NCBI RefSeq assembly: GCF_009914755.1
Contig: NC_060940.1
From: the human T2T-CHM13v2.0 reference genome, Homo sapiens
Reading direction: 5' to 3' (one strand)
Length of the DNA stretch: 64,000 nt
Shown: positions 28,301 to 43,683 of the stretch, one piece after another
How the letters are laid out: each line of letters begins with the position of its first letter
How positions within the stretch are numbered: the first letter of the stretch is position 1
The notes under the pieces: generated by a model
The model's database searches: none
The model's input: the letters and a program-made list of their open reading frames with translations, nothing else
Told to the model about the DNA's origin: nothing
Translations under genes and position numbers: made by a program

Positions 28301-31300
28301 ATCACTCCATTCTATTCCATTTGATGATGATTACATTCGATTCCATTTGATGATTCCATCTGATTCTATTCGAGGATTCCATTTGATTCCATTCGATGAT
28401 GATTCCATTCGAGTCCATTCGATGATTTCATTCGAGTACATCCAATGATTCCATTCGAGTCCATTAGATGATTCCATTTGATTCCATTTGAAAATGATTC
28501 TACTAGAGTCCATTCAATGACTCCATTCGAGTCCATTCAACAATTCCATTCGACTCCATTCGATGATTCCATTCGATTCCATTTGATGGTTCCATTCGAG
28601 TCCATTTAATCATTACAGTCGAGTCCATTTGGTGATTCCACTGGATTTCTTTTGATAATGATACCATTCAATTACATTTGATGATGATCCCATTCAATTT
28701 CATTTGATGATGATTCCATTAGAGTCCATTCGATGATTTCATTCGAGTCCCTTCATTGATTCCATCCGATTTCATTGGATGATGACTCCATTCGAGTCCA
28801 TTCGATGATTCCACTCGATTCCATTAGATGACTCCATTGGAGTCCATTTGATTGTTCCATTCGATTCCATTCGATTCCTTTCGAAGATTATTCCATTTGA
28901 GTCCATTCGATGATGATTCCATTCCATTCCATTCGATGATTCCGTTTGATTCCATTCGATGATTCCCTTCGATTCCTTTCTTTGATGATTCCATTCCATT
29001 CCATTCAATGATTCCATTCGAATCTATTCCATGATGATTCCTTTCGATTCCATTCGCTGATGTTTCCGTTCAATTCCATTCGATGATGATTCCATTCGAT
29101 TCCATTCATTGAGGATTCCATTTGATTCCATTCAATGATGATTCCATTCTATTCCATTCAATGATTGCATTCAATTCCATTCAATGATTATCCCCTTAGA
29201 GTAAACTCAACGATTCCATTCAATACCATTCGATGATGATTCCTTTTGAGTCCATTCAATGATTTCATTCAAGTCCATTTGATGATTCCTTTCAATTCCA
29301 TTCTATGATGATTCCATTCGAGTCCATTCGATGATTCCATTCGATTGCATTCGATGATTCCATTATATTCCATTCAACAGTGATTCCATTCGAGTCAATT
29401 CCATGATTCCATTAGAGTACATTTAATGATTGCTTTGTTTTCAATTCGAAGATGATTACATTGGATTCCATTCTATGATACCATTCGATTCCATTCAATG
29501 ATGATTCCACTCAAATCCATTGGATGATTCCATTCGTGTCCATTCGGTGATTTCATTACATTCCATTCGAGGATGATTCCATTCGATTCCATTCGATGAT
29601 TCCATTCAATTCCATTCGATGATGATTCCATTCCAGTCCATATGATCATTCCATTTGATTTCATTCGATGATGATTCCATTCGATTCGATTCGACGATTC
29701 CATTCTATTCCATTCGATGATGATTCCATTCGAGTCCATTCGATGATTCCATTCGAGTCCATTTAATGATTCCATTGGGTTCAATTCAATGATGATTACA
29801 TTGGATTCCGTTCTATGATTCCATTCAATTCCGTTCATTGACAATTTGATTCCATTCGATGATGATTCCATTTGAGTTCATTCGATGATTCTATTCGATT
29901 CTCTTCGATGGTGATTCAATTCTATTATATTGGATGATTCCATTCGATTCCATTTGATGTTGATTCAATTCGATTCTATTCGATGATGATTCCATTGGAT
30001 TTCACTTGATGATTCTATTCGATTCCATTCAATGATGATTCACTTCTCGTCCATTGGATGATTCCATTTCATTCCATTCGATGATGATTCCATTCGATTC
30101 CATTCAATGATTCCATTTGATTCCATGCGACGGTGAGCAATTCGATTCAATTCCATGATGATTCTATTTGATTCAATTAGATGATGTTTCCATTCGAATC
30201 CATTCCATGATTATTCCATTGGAATCCATTCGGCGATGATTCCATATGAGTCAATTCAATGATGATTCCATATGGGTCCGTTCGATGATAATTCCATTTG
30301 ATTTCATTCGATGCTTCTATTCTATTCCAGTCGATGATGATTCCGTTGGAGTCCATACGATGATTCCATTTGATTTCATTTGATGATGATTCCATTCGAT
30401 GATGATTACATTGGATTCCATTCTATGATTCCATTCAATTCCATTCGTTGATGATTCGATTCCATTCAATGATGATTCCATTTGAGTTCATTCGATGATT
30501 CTATTCGATTCCGTTCGATGGTGATTCAATTCTATTATATTGGATGATTCCACTCGATTCCATTTGATGATTATTCCATTGGAGTCCACTTAGTGAATCC
30601 TTTAGATTCTACTCGACGATGATTCCATTCGAGTCCATTCGATGATACCATTCAATTCCATTCGTTGATGCTTCCATTCAAGTGCATTCGATGATATCAT
30701 TCGATTCCATTTGATGATAATTCCATTTGATTCCATGCGATGATTCTATTCGATTCCATTCAATGATAATTCCATTCAATTCAGTGATTCCTCTGGACTC
30801 CATTTGATGATGATTCCATTCAATGATTCCATTCGATTCTATTCGAAAATGATTCCATTTGAATCCATTTGATGATGATTCCATTAGATTCCATTTGATG
30901 ATTCCATTCGATTCCATTCGACGATGATTCCATTCGATTCCGTTTGATGATTCCATTCTATTCTATTCGATGATGATTCCATTCGATTCCATTCGATGAT
31001 GATTGGATTCGATTCCATTGGATGATTTCATTTGATTCCATTCGTTAATGATTTCGATCAATTCCATTCGATGATTCCATTCGATTCCATTCGATAATGA
31101 TTACATCCGAGTCCATTCGATGATTCCCTTTGAGCCTGTTCGATAATTCCATTTGAGTCCAACCAATGATTCCATTCATTTCCATTCAATGATTCCATTC
31201 GAGTCCATTTGATCATTCCGGTAGGGTCCATTCGATGTTGATTCCATTGGAGTGCATTCGATGATTCCATTCGAGTCCATTTTAGGATTTGATTCGAGTC

Positions 31301-34300
31301 CTTTCGATGATTCCATTCGATTCCACTCGATGATGATTTCATTCGAGTCCATTCGACACTTCCAATCGATTCCATTTGATGATTCCATTCGAGTCCAATT
31401 GATGATTCCATTCAATTCCATTCGATGATGATTCCGTACGATTCCATTCTGTGATGATTCCATGTGATTGCATTCAATGATGATTCCTTTCGATTGCATT
31501 CGATTATGATTCATTTCGTGTTCATTCTATGGTTCCACAGGTTTCCATTCGTGTCCATTCCATTATTCCATTCTATTCCATTTGATGATGATTCCATTCG
31601 ATTCCATTCATTGGTGATTCCACTCAATTCCATTCAATGATTCCATTCCATTTCTTTCAACAATGATTCCATTAGTTTCTAATCGATGATCCACTTGATT
31701 CCATTTGACGACGATTCCATTCTTGTCCATTCGATGATTCCATTTGATTCCATATGATGATGATTCCATTCGATTCCATACCATGATGATTCCATTCGAG
31801 TCCATTCAATGGTGATTCCATTCAATTCCATTCGATGATTCCTTTTGATTCCATTCGATGATGATGGCATTCGATTCCTTTCAATCATTCCCTTTGATTC
31901 CATTCAAAGGTGATTTCATTCAAGTCCATTCGATAATTGCATTCGATTCCATTCTATGATGATTCCATTCGAGTCCATTTGATGATTCCATTCAATTCAA
32001 GTCAATGATGATTCCATTCGATTCCATTCGATGATTCCATTGGATTCCATTCGATGATGATTCCATTCAAATCCATTCGATAATTCAATTCAAGTCCATT
32101 CGATGATGATTCCAATCGAATCCATTCAAAGATTCCATTCAGTTCCATTCGATGATTCCCTTAGATTCCATTCGATGATTCCACTTGATTGCATTTACGA
32201 TGATTCCATTCGATTCCATGTGATGATTCCATTCAATTCTATTCAATGATGTCTCCATTTGATTCCATTCGACCATGATTGCCTTTGATTCCATTCAATG
32301 ATTCCATTCGGTTCCGTTTGATGATGATTCCGTTCGATTCCATTTGATGATTCCATTTGATTCCATTGGATGAGTCCATTCGATTACATTCGATGATTAT
32401 TCCATTCGAGTGCATTAGATGATTCCATTCGAGTCCATTCGATGATTCCATTCGATTCCATTCGATGTTGATTCTGTTCAAATCCATTCGATGATTCCAC
32501 TCGATTCCATTCGTTGACTCCATTTGATCCCATTCGATGATTTCCTTTGATTCCCTTTGATGATCATTCCATTTGATTCAATTCGGTGATTTCATTTGAT
32601 TCCATTCAGTGATGTTTCCATTCGACTCCATTCGATGATGATTCCATTCGACTCCATTCGATTATGATTTCATTCAATTCCATTCGATAATGATTCCCTT
32701 CGAGTCCATTCGATGATTCCATTCGATTCCATTCAACGATGATTTGATTCGTGTCCATTCGATGATTCCATTTGATTCCACTTGATGATGATTCCATTCG
32801 AGTCCATTTGATGATTCCATTCAATTCCATACTCCGATGATTTCTTTTGAGCCCACTCAATGCTTCCACTCGATTCCATATGATGATGACTCCATTCGAT
32901 GAAATTCGATGATGATTCCATTCGCTTGCTTTCGATGATGATTCCACTTGAGTCCGTTAGAAGATTCTATTCAATTACATTCCATGACGATTCCGTTCGA
33001 GTCCATTTGATGATTCCATTAGACTCCATTCGACGATGATTCCATTCGATGTTATTCGATGATTCCATTCGATCTCATTCGATGATGATTCCATTCAACT
33101 CCATTCGATGTTTCCATTCGAGTTCATTCTATTATTCCATTAGATTCCATTCGATGATGATTCCATTCGATTCCATTTGATGATTGCATTCTATTTCATT
33201 TGATGATGATTCCATTCGAGTCCACTCGATGATTCCATTCGAGTCCATTTAATGAATCCATTGGTTTCAATTCTATGATGATTACATTGGATTCCATTCG
33301 TTGATGATTTCATTCGGTTCCATTCAATGATGATTCCATTCAATTCCTTTCAATGTTTCCATTCAATTCCATACGATGATGATTCCATTTGATTTGATTC
33401 GACAGTGAGCCATTCGATTCAATTCCATGACGATTCTATTTGATTCAATTGGTTGACATTTCCATTCGATTCCATTCGATGATGATTCCCTTTGATTCCG
33501 TTCAAAGATGATTCCATTCTAGCCCATTCAATCATTCCATTCGATTCTATTCAATGATGATTCCATTCATGTCGATTTGGTGATTCCATTTGACTTCATT
33601 TGATGATGATTCCTTTCAAGTTCATTAGATGATTCCATTCGATTCCATTTGATGATGATCCCATTCGAGTCCATTCAGTGATTCCATTCGTTTCCATTCC
33701 ATGATGATTCCATTCCTTTCCATTCAATGATTCCATTCGATTCCGTTTGATGATGATTTCATTCGAGTCCATTTGATGATTCCATTTGATTCCATTCGAT
33801 GATGATTCCATTCGAGTCCATTCGATGATTCTATTCGAATCCATTTGATGATTTCTTTTGATTATATTTGGTGATGATTCCATTGGAGTCCATTCAATGA
33901 TTCCATTCTATTCCAATCGATGATGATTCCATTAGAGTCCATTTAATGATTCCATTTGATTCCAGTCTCTGATGATTACATTCGAGTCCATACGATGATT
34001 CCACTCAATTCCATATGATGATGATTCCATTTGATTCCATTCGGTGATTCCATTCTATTCTATTCAATGGTGATTCCATTCGAGTACATTAGATGATTCC
34101 ATTCGATTCCATTCAATGATGATTCTATTTGTGTCCCTTAGATGATTCCACATGATTCCATTAGATGATGATACTATTTGAGCCCATCCAATGATTCCCT
34201 TCGATTCCATTCGATGAGGATTCCATTCGATTCAATTCATTGGTGATTCTATTCAATTCAATTCTTTGATTCCATTCCATTCCATTCGACAATGATTCCA

Positions 34301-37300
34301 TTCGATTTCTTTCGATGATTCCACTCGATTCCACTTGACATTGATTCCATTCGATTCCATTCAATGATTCCATTTGATTCCAGTGGATGATGATTGCCAT
34401 CGATTCCATTCGATCACTCCATTCTATTCCATTTGATGATGATTACATTCGATTCCATTTGATGATTCCATCTGATTCTATTCGAGGATTCCATTTGATT
34501 CCATTCGATGATGATTCCATTCGAGTCCATTCGATGATTTCATTCGAGTACATCCAATGATTCCATTCGAGTCCATTAGATGATTCCATTTGATTCCATT
34601 TGAAAATGATTCTACTAGAGTCCATTCAATGACTCCATTCGAGTCCATTCAACAATTCCATTCGACTCCATTCGATGATTCCATTCGATTCCATTTGATG
34701 GTTCCATTCGAGTCCATTTAATCATTACAGTCGAGTCCATTTGGTGATTCCACTGGATTTCTTTTGATAATGATACCATTCAATTACATTTGATGATGAT
34801 CCCATTCAATTTCATTTGATGATGATTCCATTAGAGTCCATTCGATGATTTCATTCGAGTCCCTTCATTGATTCCATCCGATTTCATTGGATGATGACTC
34901 CATTCGAGTCCATTCGATGATTCCACTCGATTCCATTAGATGACTCCATTGGAGTCCATTTGATTGTTCCATTCGATTCCATTCGATTCCTTTCGAAGAT
35001 TATTCCATTTGAGTCCATTCGATGATGATTCCATTCCATTCCATTCGATGATTCCGTTTGATTCCATTCGATGATTCCCTTCGATTCCTTTCTTTGATGA
35101 TTCCATTCCATTCCATTCAATGATTCCATTCGAATCTATTCCATGATGATTCCTTTCGATTCCATTCGCTGATGTTTCCGTTCAATTCCATTCGATGATG
35201 ATTCCATTCGATTCCATTCATTGAGGATTCCATTTGATTCCATTCAATGATGATTCCATTCTATTCCATTCAATGATTGCATTCAATTCCATTCAATGAT
35301 TATCCCCTTAGAGTAAACTCAACGATTCCATTCAATACCATTCGATGATGATTCCTTTTGAGTCCATTCAATGATTTCATTCAAGTCCATTTGATGATTC
35401 CTTTCAATTCCATTCTATGATGATTCCATTCGAGTCCATTCGATGATTCCATTCGATTGCATTCGATGATTCCATTATATTCCATTCAACAGTGATTCCA
35501 TTCGAGTCAATTCCATGATTCCATTAGAGTACATTTAATGATTGCTTTGTTTTCAATTCGAAGATGATTACATTGGATTCCATTCTATGATACCATTCGA
35601 TTCCATTCAATGATGATTCCACTCAAATCCATTGGATGATTCCATTCGTGTCCATTCGGTGATTTCATTACATTCCATTCGAGGATGATTCCATTCGATT
35701 CCATTCGATGATTCCATTCAATTCCATTCGATGATGATTCCATTCCAGTCCATATGATCATTCCATTTGATTACATTCGATGATGATTCCATTCGTTTCG
35801 ATTCGACGATTCCATTCTATTCCATTCGATGATGATTCCATTCGAGTCCATTCGATGATTCCATTCGAGTCCATTTAATGATTCCATTGGGTTCAATTCA
35901 ATGATGATTACATTGGATTCCGTTCTATGATTCCATTCAATTCCGTTCATTGACAATTTGATTCCATTCGATGATGATTCCATTTGAGTTCATTCGATGA
36001 TTCTATTCGATTCTCTTCGATGGTGATTCAATTCTATTATATTGGATGATTCCATTCGATTCCATTTGATGTTGATTCAATTCGATTCTATTCGATGATG
36101 ATTCCATTGGATTTCACTTGATGATTCTATTCGATTCCATTCAATGATGATTCACTTCTCGTCCATTGGATGATTCCATTTCATTCCATTCGATGATGAT
36201 TCCATTCGATTCCATTCGATGATTCCATTTGATTCCATTCGACGGTGAGCAATTCGATTCAATTCCATGATGATTCTATTTGATTCAATTAGATGATGTT
36301 TCCATTCGAATCCATTCCATGATTATTCCATTGGAATCCATTCGGCGATGATTCCATATGAGTCAATTCAATGATGATTCCATATGGGTCCGTTCGATGA
36401 TAATTCCATTTGATTTCATTCGATGCTTCTATTCTATTCCAGTCGATGATGATTCCGTTGGAGTCCATACGATGATTCCATTTGATTTCATTTGATGATG
36501 ATTCCATTCGATGATGATTACATTGGATTCCATTCTATGATTCCATTCAATTCCATTCGTTGATGATTCGATTCCATTCAATGATGATTCCATTTGAGTT
36601 CATTCGATGATTCTATTCGATTCCGTTCGATGGTGATTCAATTCTATTATATTGGATGATTCCACTCGATTCCATTTGATGATTATTCCATTGGAGTCCA
36701 CTTAGTGAATCCTTTAGATTCTACTCGACGATGATTCCATTCGAGTCCATTCGATGATACCATTCAATTCCATTCGTTGATGCTTCCATTCAAGTGCATT
36801 CGATGATATCATTCGATTCCATTTGATGATAATTCCATTTGATTCCATGCGATGATTCTATTCGATTCCATTCAATGATAATTCCATTCAATTCAGTGAT
36901 TCCTCTGGACTCCATTTGATGATGATTCCATTCAATGATTCCATTCGATTCTATTCGAAAATGATTCCATTTGAATCCATTTGATGATGATTCCATTAGA
37001 TTCCATTTGATGATTCCATTCGATTCCATTCGACGATGATTCCATTCGATTCCGTTTGATGATTCCATTCTATTCTATTCGATGATGATTCCATTCGATT
37101 CCATTCGATGATGATTGGATTCGATTCCATTGGATGATTTCATTTGATTCCATTCGTTAATGATTTCGATCAATTCCATTCGATGATTCCATTCGATTCC
37201 ATTCGATAATGATTACATCCGAGTCCATTCGATGATTCCCTTTGAGCCTGTTCGATAATTCCATTTGAGTCCAACCAATGATTCCATTCATTTCCATTCA

Positions 37301-37643
37301 ATGATTCCATTCGAGTCCATTTGATCATTCCGGTAGGGTCCATTCGATGTTGATTCCATTGGAGTGCATTCGATGATTCCATTCGAGTCCATTTTACGAT
37401 TTGATTCGAGTCCTTTCGATGATTCCATTCGATTCCACTCGATGATGATTTCATTCGAGTCCATTCGACACTTCCAATCGATTCCATTTGATGATTCCAT
37501 TCGAGTCCAATTGATGATTCCATTCAATTCCATTCGATGATGATTCCGTACGATTCCATTCTGTGATGATTCCATGTGATTGCATTCAATGATGATTCCT
37601 TTCGATTGCATTCGATTATGATTCATTTCGTGTTCATTCTATG
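19308..37643 (+). repeat. Three full-length, near-identical 6,112-bp higher-order repeat units (HSat2B-like ~6.1-kb unit; chr16q11.2 is the likely source)
   Basis: GTTCCACAGG at 19308, 25420, 31532, 37644, spaced exactly 6112. Repeated ORF-track entries shift by 6112 (e.g. 20015/26127/32239; 21937/28049/34161). The chr16/HSat2B assignment is recalled from the literature, not verified. Confidence 0.9.
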
Positions 37644-40600
37644 GTTCCACAGGTTTCCATTCGTGTCCATTCCATTATTCCATTCTATTCCATTTGATGA
37701 TGATTCCATTCGATTCCATTCATTGGTGATTCCACTCAATTCCATTCAATGATTCCATTCCATTTCTTTCAACAATGATTCCATTAGTTTCTAATCGATG
37801 ATCCACTTGATTCCATTTGACGACGATTCCATTCTTGTCCATTCGATGATTCCATTTGATTCCATATGATGATGATTCCATTCGATTCCATACCATGATG
37901 ATTCCATTCGAGTCCATTCAATGGTGATTCCATTCAATTCCATTCGATGATTCCTTTTGATTCCATTCGATGATGATGGCATTCGATTCCTTTCAATCAT
38001 TCCCTTTGATTCCATTCAAAGGTGATTTCATTCAAGTCCATTCGATAATTGCATTCGATTCCATTCTATGATGATTCCATTCGAGTCCATTTGATGATTC
38101 CATTCAATTCAAGTCAATGATGATTCCATTCGATTCCATTCGATGATTCCATTGGATTCCATTCGATGATGATTCCATTCAAATCCATTCGATAATTCAA
38201 TTCAAGTCCATTCGATGATGATTCCAATCGAATCCATTCAAAGATTCCATTCAGTTCCATTCGATGATTCCCTTAGATTCCATTCGATGATTCCACTTGA
38301 TTGCATTTACGATGATTCCATTCGATTCCATGTGATGATTCCATTCAATTCTATTCAATGATGTCTCCATTTGATTCCATTCGACCATGATTGCCTTTGA
38401 TTCCATTCAATGATTCCATTCGGTTCCGTTTGATGATGATTCCGTTCGATTCCATTTGATGATTCCATTTGATTCCATTGGATGAGTCCATTCGATTACA
38501 TTCGATGATTATTCCATTCGAGTGCATTAGATGATTCCATTCGAGTCCATTCGATGATTCCACTCGATTCCATTCGTTGACTCCATTTGATCCCATTCGA
38601 TGATTTCCTTTGATTCCCTTTGATGATCATTCCATTTGATTCAATTCGGTGATTTCATTTGATTCCATTCAGTGATGTTTCCATTCGACTCCATTCGATG
38701 ATGATTCCATTCGACTCCATTCAATTATGATTTCATTCAATTCCATTCGATAATGATTCCCTTCGAGTCCATTCGATGATTCCATTCGATTCCATTCAAC
38801 GATGATTTGATTCGTGTCCATTCGATGATTCCATTTGATTCCACTTGATGATGATTCCATTCGAGTCCATTTGATGATTCCATTCAATTCCATACTCCGA
38901 TGATTTCTTTTGAGCCCACTCAATGCTTCCACTCGATTCCATATGATGATGACTCCATTCGATGAAATTCGATGATGATTCCATTCGCTTGCTTTCGATG
39001 ATGATTCCACTTGAGTCCGTTAGAAGATTCTATTCAATTACATTCCAGGACGATTCCGTTCGAGTCCATTTGATGATTCCATTAGACTCCATTCGACGAT
39101 GATTCCATTCGATGTTATTCGATGATTCCATTCGATCTCATTCGATGATGATTCCATTCAACTCCATTCGATGTTTCCATTCGAGTTCATTCTATTATTC
39201 CATTAGATTCCATTCGATGATGATTCCATTCGATTCCATTTGATGATTGCATTCTATTTCATTTGATGATGATTCCATTCGAGTCCACTCGATGATTCCA
39301 TTCGAGTCCATTTAATGAATCCATTGGTTTCAATTCTATGATGATTACATTGGATTCCATTCGTTGATGATTTCATTCGGTTCCATTCAATGATGATTCC
39401 ATTCAATTCCTTTCAATGTTTCCATTCAATTCCATACGATGATGATTCCATTTGATTTGATTCGACAGTGAGCCATTCGATTCAATTCCATGATGATTCT
39501 ATTTGATTCAATTGGTTGACATTTCCATTCGATTCCATTCGATGATGATTCCCTTTGATTCCGTTCAAAGATGATTCCATTCTAGCCCATTCAATCATTC
39601 CATTCGATTCTATTCAATGATGATTCCATTCATGTCGATTTGGTGATTCCATTTGACTTCATTTGATGATGATTCCTTTCAAGTTCATTAGATGATTCCA
39701 TTCGATTCCATTTGATGATGATCCCATTCGAGTCCATTCAGTGATTCCATTCGTTTCCATTCCATGATGATTCCATTCCTTTCCATTCAATGATTCCATT
39801 CGATTCCGTTTGATGATGATTTCATTCGAGTCCATTTGATGATTCCATTTGATTCCATTCGATGATGATTCCATTCGAGTCCATTCGATGATTCTATTCG
39901 AATCCATTTGATGATTTCTTTTGATTATATTTGGTGATGATTCCATTGGAGTCCATTCAATGATTCCATTCTATTCCAATCGATGATGATTCCATTAGAG
40001 TCCATTTAATGATTCCATTTGATTCCAGTCTCTGATGATTACATTCGAGTCCATACGATGATTCCACTCAATTCCATATGATGATGATTCCATTTGATTC
40101 CATTCGGTGATTCCGTTCTATTCTATTCAATGGTGATTCCATTCGAGTACATTAGATGATTCCATTCGATTCCATTCAATGATGATTCTATTTGTGTCCC
40201 TTAGATGATTCCACATGATTCCATTAGATGATGATACTATTTGAGCCCATCCAATGATTCCCTTCGATTCCATTCGATGAGGATTCCATTCGATTCAATT
40301 CATTGGTGATTCTATTCAATTCAATTCTTTGATTCCATTCCATTCCATTCGACAATGATTCCATTCGATTTCTTTCGATGATTCCACTCGATTCCACTTG
40401 ACATTGATTCCATTCGATTCCATTCAATGATTCCATTTGATTCCAGTGGATGATGATTGCCATCGATTCCATTCGATCACTCCATTCTATTCCATTTGAT
40501 GATGATTACATTCGATTCCATTTGATGATTCCATCTGATTCTATTCGAGGATTCCATTTGATTCCATTCGATGATGATTCCTTTCGAGTCCATTCGATGA

Positions 40601-43600
40601 TTTCATTCGAGTACATCCAATGATTCCATTCGAGTCCATTAGATGATTCCATTTGATTCCATTTGAAAATGATTCTACTAGAGTCCATTCAATGACTCCA
40701 TTCGAGTCCATTCAACAATTCCATTCGACTCCATTCGATGATTCCATTCGATTCCATTTGATGGTTCCATTCGAGTCCATTTGGTGATTCCACCGGATTT
40801 CTTTTGATAATGATATCATTCAATTACATTTGATGATGATCCCATTCAATTTCATTTGATGATGACTCCATTAGAGTCCATTCCATGATTTCATTCGAGT
40901 CCCTTCATTGATTCCATCCGATTTCATTGGATGATGACTCCATTCGAGTCCATTCGATGATTCCACTCGATTCCATTAGATGATTCCATTGGAGTCCATT
41001 TGATTGTTCCATTCGATTCCATTCGATTCCTTTCGAAGATTATTCCATTTGAGTCCATTCGATGATGATTCCATTCCATTCCATTCGATGATTCCGTTTG
41101 ATTCCATTCGATGATTCCCTTTGATTCCTTTCTTTGATGATTCCATTCCATTCCATTCAATGATTCCATTCGAATCTATTCCATGATGATTCCTTTCGAT
41201 TCCATTCGCTGATGTTTCCGTTCAATTCCATTCGGTGATGATTCCATTCGATTCCATTCATTGAGGATTCCATTTGATTCCATTCAATGATGATTCCATT
41301 CTATTCCATTCAATGATTGCATTCAATTCCATTCAATGATTATCCCCTTAGAGTAAACTCAACGATTCCATTCAATACCATTCGATGATGATTCCTTTTG
41401 AGTCCATTCAATGATTTCATTCAAGTCCATTTGATGATTCCTTTCAATTCCATTCTATGATGATTCCATTCGAGTCCATTCGATGATTCCATTCGATTGC
41501 ATTCGATTATTCCATTATATTCCAGTCAATGATGATTCCATTCGAGTCCATTCGATGATTCCATTAGAGTACATTTAATGATTGCTTTGTTTTCAATTCG
41601 AAGATGATTACATTGGATTCCATTCTATGATACCATTCGATTCCATTCAATGATGATTCCACTCAAATCCATTGGATGATTCCATTCGTGTCCATTCGGT
41701 GATTTCATTAGATTCCATTCGAGGATGATTCCATTCGATTCCATTCGATGATTCCATTCAATTCCATTCGATGAAGATTCCATTCCAGTCCATATGATCA
41801 TTCCATTTGATTTCATTCGATGATGATTCCATTCGATTCCATTCGATGATTCCATTCTATTCCATTCGATGATGATTCCATTGGAGTCCATTCGATGATT
41901 GCATTCGAGTCCATTTAATGATTCCATTGGGTTCAATTCAATGATGATTACATTGGATTCCGTTCTATGATTCCATTCAATTCCGTTCATTGACAATTTG
42001 ATTCCATTCGATGATGATTCCGTTTGAGTTCATTCGATGATTCTATTCGATTCTCTTCGATGGTGATTCAATTCTATTATATTGGATGATTCCATTCGAT
42101 TCCATTTGATGTTGATTCAATTCGATTCTATTCGATGATGATTCCATTGGATTTCACTTGATGATTCTATTCGATTCCATTCAATGATGATTCACTTCTC
42201 GTCCATTGGATGATTCCATTTCATTCCATTCGATGATGATTCCATTCGATTCCATTCGATGATTCCATTTGATTCCATGCGACGGTGAGCAACTCGATTC
42301 AATTCCATGATGATTCTATTTGATTCAATTAGATGATGTTTCCATTCGAATCCATTCCATGATTATTCCATTGGAATCCATTTGGTGATGATTCCATATG
42401 AGTCAATTCAATGATGATTCCATATGGGTCCGTTCGATGATAATTCCATTTGATTTCATTCGATGCTTCTATTCTATTCCAGTCGATGATGATTCCGTTG
42501 GAGTCCATACGATGATTCCATTTGATTTCATTTGATGATGATTCCATTCGATGATGATTACATTGGATTCCATTCTATGATTCCATTCAATTCCATTCGT
42601 TGATGATTCGATTCCATTCAATGATGATTCCATTTGAGTTCATTCGATGATTCTATTCGATTCCGTTCGATGGTGATTCAATTCTCTTATATTGGATGAA
42701 TCCACTCGATTCCATTTGATGATTATTCCATTGGAGTCCACTTAGTGAATCCTTTAGATTCTACTCGAAGATGATTCCATTCGAGTCCATTCAATGATAC
42801 CATTCAATTTCATTCGTTGATGCTTCCATTCAAGTGCATTCGATGATATCATTCGATTCCATTTGATGATAATTCCATTTGATTCCATGCGATGATTCTA
42901 TTCGATTCCATTCAATGATAATTCCATCCAATTCAGTGATTCCTCTGGACTCCATTTGATGATGATTCCATTCAATGATTCCATTCGATTCTATTCCAAA
43001 ATGATTCCATTTGAATCCATTTGATGATGATTCCATTAGATTCCATTTGATGATTCCATTCGATTCCATTTGACGATGATTCCATTCGATTCCATTTGAT
43101 GATTCCATTCTATTCTATTCGATGATGATTCCATTCGATTCCATTTGATGATGATTGGATTCGATTCCATTTGATGATTTCATTTGATTCCATTCGTTAA
43201 TGATTTCGATCAACTCCATTCGATGATTCCATTTGATTCCATTCGATAATGATTACATCCGAGTCCATTCGATGATTCCATTTGAGCCCGTTCGATAATT
43301 CCATTTGAGTCCAATCAATGATTCCATTCATTTCCATTCAATGATTCCATTCGAGTCCATTTGATCATTCTGGTAGGGTCCGTTCGATGTTGATTCCATT
43401 GGAGTGCATTCGATGATTCCATTCGAGTCCATTTTATGATTTGATTCGAGTCCTTTCGATGATTCCATTCGATTCCACTCGATGATGATTTCATTCGAGT
43501 CCATTCGACACTTCCAATCGATTCCATTTGATGTTTCCATTCGAGTCCAATTGATGATTCCATTCAATTCCATTCGATGATGATTCCGTACGATTCCATT

Positions 43601-43683
43601 CTGTGATGATTCCATGTGATTGCATTCAATGATGATTCCTTTCGATTGCATTCGATTATGATTCATTTCGTGTTCATTCTATG
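37644..43683 (+). repeat. HOR unit of 6,040 bp (deletions of 49 and 23 bp)
   Basis: Marker spacing 37644->43684. Junctions at 38546-38562 (49 bp) and 40771-40782 (23 bp). Confidence 0.85.
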
